From: Eledone cirrhosa
Lineage: Eukaryota
Direction: 5' to 3'
Assembly: GCA_964016885.1 (NCBI GenBank)
Contig: OZ024740.1
Location: forward strand, 338,334,001-338,398,000
DNA: 64,000 bases
Shown: positions 56,971-64,000 of the stretch, piece by piece
How the letters are laid out: each line of letters starts with the position of its first letter
How positions within the stretch are numbered: the stretch's first letter is position 1
Made by a program: the position numbers and the translations under genes
The notes under the pieces: generated by a model
The model's database searches: none
Told to the model about the DNA's origin: nothing
Seen by the model: the letters and a program-made list of their open reading frames with translations, nothing else

Positions 56971-58075
56971 CGTATACATATATATACACACATAAAAAAT
57001 GAAATAAATATACAATATATTAAAATATATATATAGATATATAAAAAAAGAGAGAAGAAAGAAGTAGGGACGTGTATGCGTATGATATAGTACATATGGG
57101 GAGTATGAGATGCACACTTGGGCCTGTATACGGAACAAATAATTTGTACCAAAACGAAACACGTGGAGAGTATGGATTCTCGATTGAAAAGGTACACATG
57201 CATGGGGTGCGTAGCCCGGCCATATTGGAGTATGTCACTGTGGTTGAGGTATGTTGTCCTATAGGTGTAAGGTATTTGACTGAAAGACCGTGAAATCCAT
57301 GTCAACCTGTCCCGGCTCAGGCGATGTTCTTGCCTAGGGGGACGTGCAGAGTCAGGTATGCATCTTGGGTTATTTTGGTTTACCCCACGGGGCATATATT
57401 GTCATCAGGGTATGTTGTTTGATCCCTTGAACCCGTTTCGTCGCACGATGGTCTTCCCCCCGCCACTCATTCTCTCCTGGCGTTGGATTATATCGTCACG
57501 CCCGCGGAAGGCGATACAATTCAACGCCAGGAGAAAACGAGTGGCGGAGGGGGGGGGGGGGGGTAGACCATCGTGCCGGCAGAACAACACCCTGAGAATC
57601 GGGAGAGGGCCCTAGCAGATCGATGGCCAGGCGTCCGAAGTGAACAAAATAACGACAGAACATGTAACTGCAGAGCGGGCATCCAGTGCCCCTTACAGGG
57701 AAGATGCCTGACGAAGGGCCTGGTATATAAATGTGTGGTTAGCACCCACAATATACAGCACCTATTGTAGAGTAAGGGATTGGTTGTGTGTACATTTATG
57801 TGTGTGTACATATAGATATGTGTGTTTGGGAGCGAGTCTGTCTTCGTGCCTGTATACACGGACACGTGTGTGTATGTGCGTGTGCGTGTCTATGTATATG
57901 TCTGTACGTGTTTGTGTATACGAGTAGATATACGGGTATGCATGTGTGTGCGCATGTCTGCGTGTGCGTGTGTGTGTGTGTGTGTGCGTGTGTGTGTGTG
58001 AGAGTTGACGTACGTGGGCATGTAGGCAGGCGTCTGTGGACGCGTATGTTGTTAGTTATATGGTTGTGTGCGCGT
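56030..58075. repeat. About 290-bp CA-rich inverted repeats (56030-56320 and 57765-58075)
   Basis: aaccatataactaacaacatacgcgtccacagacgcctgcctacatgcccacgtac and its reverse complement. Confidence 0.85.
57570..57765 (+). pseudogene. Penelope-like Cys-rich linker and start of GIY-YIG domain
   Basis: TCNCRAGIQCPLQGRCLTKGLVYKCVV. Confidence 0.7.
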
Positions 58076-58091
58076 GTATGTGTATGTGTGT

Positions 58092-61050
58092 ATCTTGCAA
58101 CTGCCCCACCGAACTCATCTCTGCCTTTCTTGACTCCATCCTCTCCCCCCTCGTCACCACACTCCCCTCCCACATCTCCGACACCAACCACGCCCTTCGC
58201 CTATTCGACTCCTTCACCTTCCCACCCGGTCCACAGCCCTTCCTCTTCCCCCTAGATATCAAGTAGCTTTATATTGTCATCCCCCACGCCGACGTCCTAC
58301 GTGCCCTCAAGCACTACCTCGACCTTCGCCCTCCTTCACCTCGCCGAGCTCGTCCTCACCATCAACTGTTTCTCCTTCTCGGGTGAGTTTTATCAACAGG
58401 TCACGGGGGTAGCCATGGGCACAAGAATGGGTCCAAACTATGCCAACCTTTTCGTTGGCCATGTTGAGGCCCAAATATTTGCCCAGTACACCGGCTCCAC
58501 GCCCGAACTGTACGGTCGTTACATCGACGACTGCATCGGAGCAACGACCCTTTCTCTCCTTCTTTACCACATCTATCTCCACCACCCACGTCCACTTCTT
58601 AGACATCTCCGTCGCCTTCGACCCCTCCCACCACCCCCTCGTCACCTCCGCCTTCTTCAAACCCACCGATTCCCACTCCTACCTCGACTTCACCTCCTCC
58701 CACCCTACACACACTAAACACTCTATTTCCTACTCCCAACACCTCAGGATCCGCCGCCTCTGCAGCTCTTTCCCTAGTCAGCCATTTCATCCGCAGAGGT
58801 TACCCCCCTCCCTCATCTACACCCCCTCACTCGCGCTCGTGCTGTCCACCGCTCCACTACCTTCACCCCACGCCACCGCACAAGTTTCCCCATCAACTAC
58901 CACCCTCCACCCTACCCCTCCACCGCACCATCCTCCGCCTCTTCCGACGCCTCCAGTCCGACCCCTCCACCACCCACATCTTCCTATCCCCACCACTCCC
59001 CTCCTTCAAACGCGCACGCAATCTCCGCAGCTTCCTACCCCCAACCCACGCTCTCTTCCCCCCTGTGGTTCCCTTCCCTGTTCCAGGCCTCGTTGCAACA
59101 CCTGCCCCCACATCACCAACACCACCGCCTTCCAGGGTCCCAACGGTTACTCTCTCTCTGTCCTGCACGTCTTCCGCTGCACCTCCTCCAACCTAGTTCA
59201 TGGACTTCGCTGCACGGAGTGTAGCGCAACCTACGTCGGACAGACTGGACGTCGCCTGGCGGACCGTTTCACCGAACACCTCCGGGATATTCGTCTCGGC
59301 GGGAGTTCCCTCATCGCCCGCCACTTTGGCTGCCCTGGACATTCCACGCACCACCTCACAGTCTGTGGCCTACTCCAATGCCACAGAACACCCGCCACCC
59401 GCTTCAGGGTCGAACAACGCACCATCTTCACCCTACAGACCCACATTCCCCCCAGCCTGAACTCCCCACTCCTATTCCTTTAGCCTTCGACCGCCCTGTT
59501 CCTCCCCCCACACACATATCCCCCACTAACACTCTTCCTTTTCACCGCCCACCCCACAACTAACAATACTAACACCCCCACCCACCCCGACCACCCTCCC
59601 TCAACTAACAATACTAACACCCCCCTATCACGCACACACCCACCGGTACATATATACACGCACTCACACTATCCACACACCCTACTACCACCACTAACCC
59701 TCACCTACACATCCACTCACCACCCCACAACTAATACCACTAACATCCCCCCGACCCCACGCACACGAACACGCACACCCACCCACACCTGCATTCAACT
59801 CTTTCCCCACCACCAGTATACTAACACACACTAACACCCCCTTCACCACACACACACTCATCCAAACACGCACACACACACCAGTACACTACACCCCCCC
59901 CACCGTCCCCCACACATTTTATCTCCCTCTCCCCGCTCCACCCACACCCCTTCACACACACACACATATCCCACTAACACCTCTACTAATCCCCCCCATC
60001 CCCCGCATGACCCCCTCCCCACTCCACCTTTCACACCTACCCATCCTCTCCCCTGTCCACCGCACCTCCGCACACACTGACACACTGACTTTCTCCACCT
60101 GCCATTCTCCTCTACTGCTGCTATGCCTTGACCCTCTGACCACTTCTCTGCACGCACAGACACACAGCCCTCTCCATCTGTCATTCTCCTCTACCCTCCT
60201 CCTGCCTTGACCCTCTGATCACTTCCTGTTGCGCGCGCACCCCACACCTCCCCTCTTCCGACCAACACAACCACGGATTACACACCATTGGCCATCGTTC
60301 CCACTATCAACTCCATCACAAGGAAAATATCCGGAACCTCACCACACCCTCTACGGAACTACCTTAGGAACTTACCTACGGACATACACTCACAACAAAT
60401 TTTTTTTCGAACCACGCAACCTACATCCACAATACGTATAAACACCACACACACGTGCGTACCCCAACATATATACACACTAAGTCTCCGGAATCCTCTC
60501 CCCCTCCCCACCCCTCTGACCCCTCCCCCTCCACACGCGCACACACACACACATCGACCTATACCCCACTCTACACACGCACACACACACACCTACCTAT
60601 ACCCCACCCCACACTCACACCTTTTCCAGAACATGGAACCTCGTTCTTCCCCCAACTCTCACATTCACATACACACACACACACACACGTACACCTACAC
60701 ATATACACCACCTTCAGCCCTCCCCGCTCGGACACCCACCTCCCTCTCCCCACTCCAGCCGCCACCACCCCTACACGCCCCACACCCTTCCACCACTTGT
60801 TTATCTTCATGTTTATTTTTATTTTTATTTTTTTTATATTTATTTTTATTTGTACCCCTTCCATCGCCCCTCCCTCTTTTTTGTCTAAATGTCTCTCCTC
60901 CACTCCCCTACACACCCTCGGAACTCTCTTCCCACACACTTTTCGCCCGAAGAATGGCTTATGCCCGAAACGCCCCCCCCCCCTCTCGTGAAACTAATAA
61001 CCTTTGTTCGTACTGCCTCTCTGTTTTGTTCCCGTTTCATTTTTCACTAT
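58092..61050 (+). mobile_element. 5'-truncated Penelope-like element (Neptune-like): RT, Zn linker, GIY-YIG, C-rich 3' UTR, relic hammerhead at 60945-60975
   Basis: CPTELISAFLDSIL, YQQVTGVAMGTRMGPNYANLF, RYIDD, CSRPRCNTC and YVGQTGRRLADRFTEH motifs; several frameshifts and a stop. Confidence 0.92.
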
Positions 61051-61061
61051 ATATATATATA

Positions 61062-61655
61062 TGGTGGCTGCCAACTCGTTTTCGAGTACGGCCACTACTT
61101 TATATCCATGTAGGAGAACCCCTACCGATGCGCTGAACGAGTGACTTTTTAGTCCAGCCAGCGACTTGAAAACTCTGGTACAAACACTACACCTGTGACA
61201 ATTATTGACACATAGTGCTGGGACCATGGTACCATGTGACGACAAGTGCAGAGAGATCTCCAGATATAAAGCAATGCCTGTGCCGTGAAGCTTTTATAGT
61301 GAGCAAAGGCACTGCACAAAGCCAGTCCCACTCTCTTAACCAAGATGATATTTACCAAAAAGAAGAACAAGTCAACATCATTGGATACCATCAGGGTTGC
61401 AGGTATTATATCAGAGTTTTCCTTCTCCTAGAATTCTGCCTTGACAAAGGCTAAGAGGTCATCTCTCCCGGTGATTTTGGATGGCCATTGACTCTTAATA
61501 GCTCCTTTGCCCTTTGACAGGTTTTGTTTTTAGTCCTGCAGGATGTCCAAAGTCACCCTCCTCACCAAGAAACCTTGGTGGGGTTGCCAGTTTAGTCGCC
61601 AACGACCCGACCATGAGACAGGTTGTACTGGGATACATGTTACCAGTAGCACCAA
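61062..61655 (-). mobile_element. Internally deleted RTE derivative joining the 5' block to the C2H2 3' end
   Basis: 61455-61655 matches 46225-46400; 61062-61350 matches 7610-7900. Confidence 0.7.
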
Positions 61656-61908
61656 CTGTATATGTGTGTGTCTGTGTGTGTGTGTATATGTGTGTGTGAG
61701 TGCGCGAGTGGACATGTGAAATACCAAACCCACCATGAATTCATTGAATTGTCTCAGGCGGAGGGACAGCTGATGGCCAGTCTGACAGCAACTATTGGCC
61801 AGAATTTATGATGACATAGAAAAACAACAGCCAACAGCAGGACAAGCGAGGAAGATGGTTTTTGACGTTAACACCCCTGTGAAAAAATTTGATCCGAAAT
61901 TATTGCAA

Positions 61909-61995
61909 GTGTCCGACGAACCTGCAGATCCAGAATCAGCAGATCCATACAATGATCGTGTCTTGAGCTGTCTGCCGGCGAAACAATTGTAACAC
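61909..61995 (+). ncRNA. Variant (U4C) type I hammerhead
   Basis: gtgt CCGACGA acctgcaga...tctgccggc GAAAC aatt GTA acac. Confidence 0.65.
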
Positions 61996-62114
61996 GATAA
62001 ATTGAGTTCAGATGCATCACTGATTTTTCGTTTTATATTATATCACAATCTGCTCTGTAAGAACATAGAGTGCTCAACGGTATATCGCCTATGGAAGCAT
62101 CATAGCTACCATCA

Positions 62115-62167
<53 letters not shown>

Positions 62168-62194
62168 TAATTTGTATTAGTGCGATATACATAT

Positions 62195-62407
62195 TGTACG
62201 TATTATATATTGAATAATATACGGGATGTTTATGAAAAGCATTTGAAGGCCTTTTTGCTATAAATTTTTAAGGTTGCGATCATCGTAAGACTGTTTTAGC
62301 TGGGGCTGGGTGTTTGACGATGAATACAACATTAAAAGTTCACAACGAAAGGCCTTCAAATGTTTTTCAGGAACATCCTGTATATTATTCAATATACAAT
62401 ACGTACA
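62195..62407. repeat. Imperfect palindrome
   Basis: tgtacgtatt..atattgaataatatac..catttgaaggccttt mirrored at 62348-62407. Confidence 0.85.
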
Positions 62408-62411
62408 CACA

Positions 62412-62496
<85 letters not shown>

Positions 62497-64000
62497 ATAT
62501 ATACATGTATGTATAACTTTTCAATTCCAGTTACTTGCGCCAAGCTAACGTTGACAGGTAAAATTGGGGGTTCACTATGTATTCTAATTTTTTTGTGTAT
62601 GAGCAGGCCCTCAAACTTGAAGTGCCCCAAGCCCTGCAAGGTCTAAATCCATCCCTATATATATATACATCTTTGCATACATATATACATACGTTTATAG
62701 TTTAGACCATGATATTATGACAGACCATTGTTTCATTACTGCAATATTACCATGAAACATGAATGTTTTCTTCACGTCCACCTGCACCTAGTGGCCATTG
62801 GCTCCTTTTGGAAATCTTTCTCAACTTTTTGTTGTTTCAGTGTTTTTTCTCACACATCTTGTGCAAAACATAAAAACAAAAACAATAGGGCACAGCTTGA
62901 TGTAATCTCATGCTTTTTTATAATTTGAAGGGATTTACCCTATCTCTACCATAGTCCAATGTGTTTGTTCTGAACACTACCTAACATATCCTTCATTTCT
63001 TGGGTGGCCTTTGTAGCTGTAATAGATTTCCTCCTACTCTATAACCTTGCTACCAACACTTCTGCCACGGCCGCACGAGCAATTAGATCCACCATGTTTC
63101 ATAGCAATATGTGCCACAAGTTTTTGCTACTTTAAAGTCCCCCATCAACAATATTGAAAGCAGCTGGTATTTAGTACCACTCTAAAGCCCAGTTTCAGCA
63201 AAGGATAGCAGGAAACCAAGCCACTCTTGTAGGGACTTGTTAAGATACTTTTTTAATTTTCTCCATTAGTGTTAATATTTCCAGAGTGTAAAACAACGTC
63301 AGAAAGGCCATGTTGCTAACACCTCACCGTAATCTGCATTATATAATCGCAGTTGTGAATGACAGTTAATCTCTGTAACGATTTTGCCTCATTCAAAATA
63401 CTCTTCTTGGCAATAATTATGGCTTTTAGCTATTTCCTAATCGTTTGAATCAGCTCCTCTCTAATTTCAAAACAAATTTCCTTAACTTAGTCTCGAGTTA
63501 AAGACAAACTGCGACATTTTTGGCATTGATATGAAGTAGACATTTCTGGAATAGCTCATTGAACCATTTTAAAAGGGATTGTATTTATTTTTTCATTTCC
63601 ATTATAGCAGTCATGTCTATCAATGTATATATAACGGTAGTAGTATCATTAGAACGTTGCACAAAATATTGAGTTACGTCCCTTTAAATTTCACGAGACT
63701 TAAAGTATACCCTTTCCTGCAGGTCTCGTCCAGCACCACCAACTTACATTCTGGGTCCAGGAAGATGGTCCGTATCGTGAGATTCAAGCTATTGTGAGCG
63801 GCACCTTGATCACTTCCACCTTTACTAATTTTTAGCAACACTACGTCGACAGCAGAGTCAGTTCTTCGCTTCTTAGTAGTGTGAGGGAGTGTCATCTGGC
63901 TTCCCCTGGGATTTTGAAAAATACGTCCACTATCCCAAATCTCCTACCTCGGGCGATATGAGTTTTGCGTTCCCATGCGAACTCAAAGCCTTTTGGATCT

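Noticed and set aside
57395-57450. Minus-strand GAAAC..CTGATGA in type II hammerhead order
   Set aside because: No stem II complementarity and poor stem I
58440-59483. 347-aa ORF as an intact proline-rich protein
   Set aside because: Mosaic of in-frame and shifted pieces of the broken Penelope ORF in C-rich DNA
63985-64000. gccttttgg resembling the U2 snRNA 5' stem
   Set aside because: Only 9 nt match; flanks disagree and the window ends
62760-64000. Higher-complexity segment with short ORFs
   Set aside because: The frames I read are interrupted and I recognise no domain; left unannotated

Overview
AT-rich, repeat-saturated eukaryotic DNA with long (TA)n tracts and no confidently identifiable host gene. 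The tRNA-derived SINE, RTE LINE and Penelope families look like those of an octopus or other cephalopod (inference). Retroelements present: three large RTE LINE copies whose RT carries an inserted C4HC3 PHD finger, several RTE/CR1/CRE relics, many SINEs, and Penelope-like elements (RT + GIY-YIG). The outstanding feature is a 5.2-kb array (27524-32712) of about 11 near-identical 473-bp non-coding units. Each complete unit carries a minimal type I hammerhead ribozyme with a palindromic stem III and an upstream octamer (ATGCAAAT) hairpin. The array flips orientation at 30965 and both ends join (TA)n. A diverged 447-bp relative with the same octamer-hairpin plus hammerhead layout and the same inverted geometry lies at 53897-54552, and a circularly permuted fragment lies at 51441-51700. 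Together these suggest a retrozyme-like (circular-RNA) family. At least six other hammerhead-bearing repeat families occur in the window, most inside divergent fold-back structures. All structures were paired by eye; none was computed or tested.
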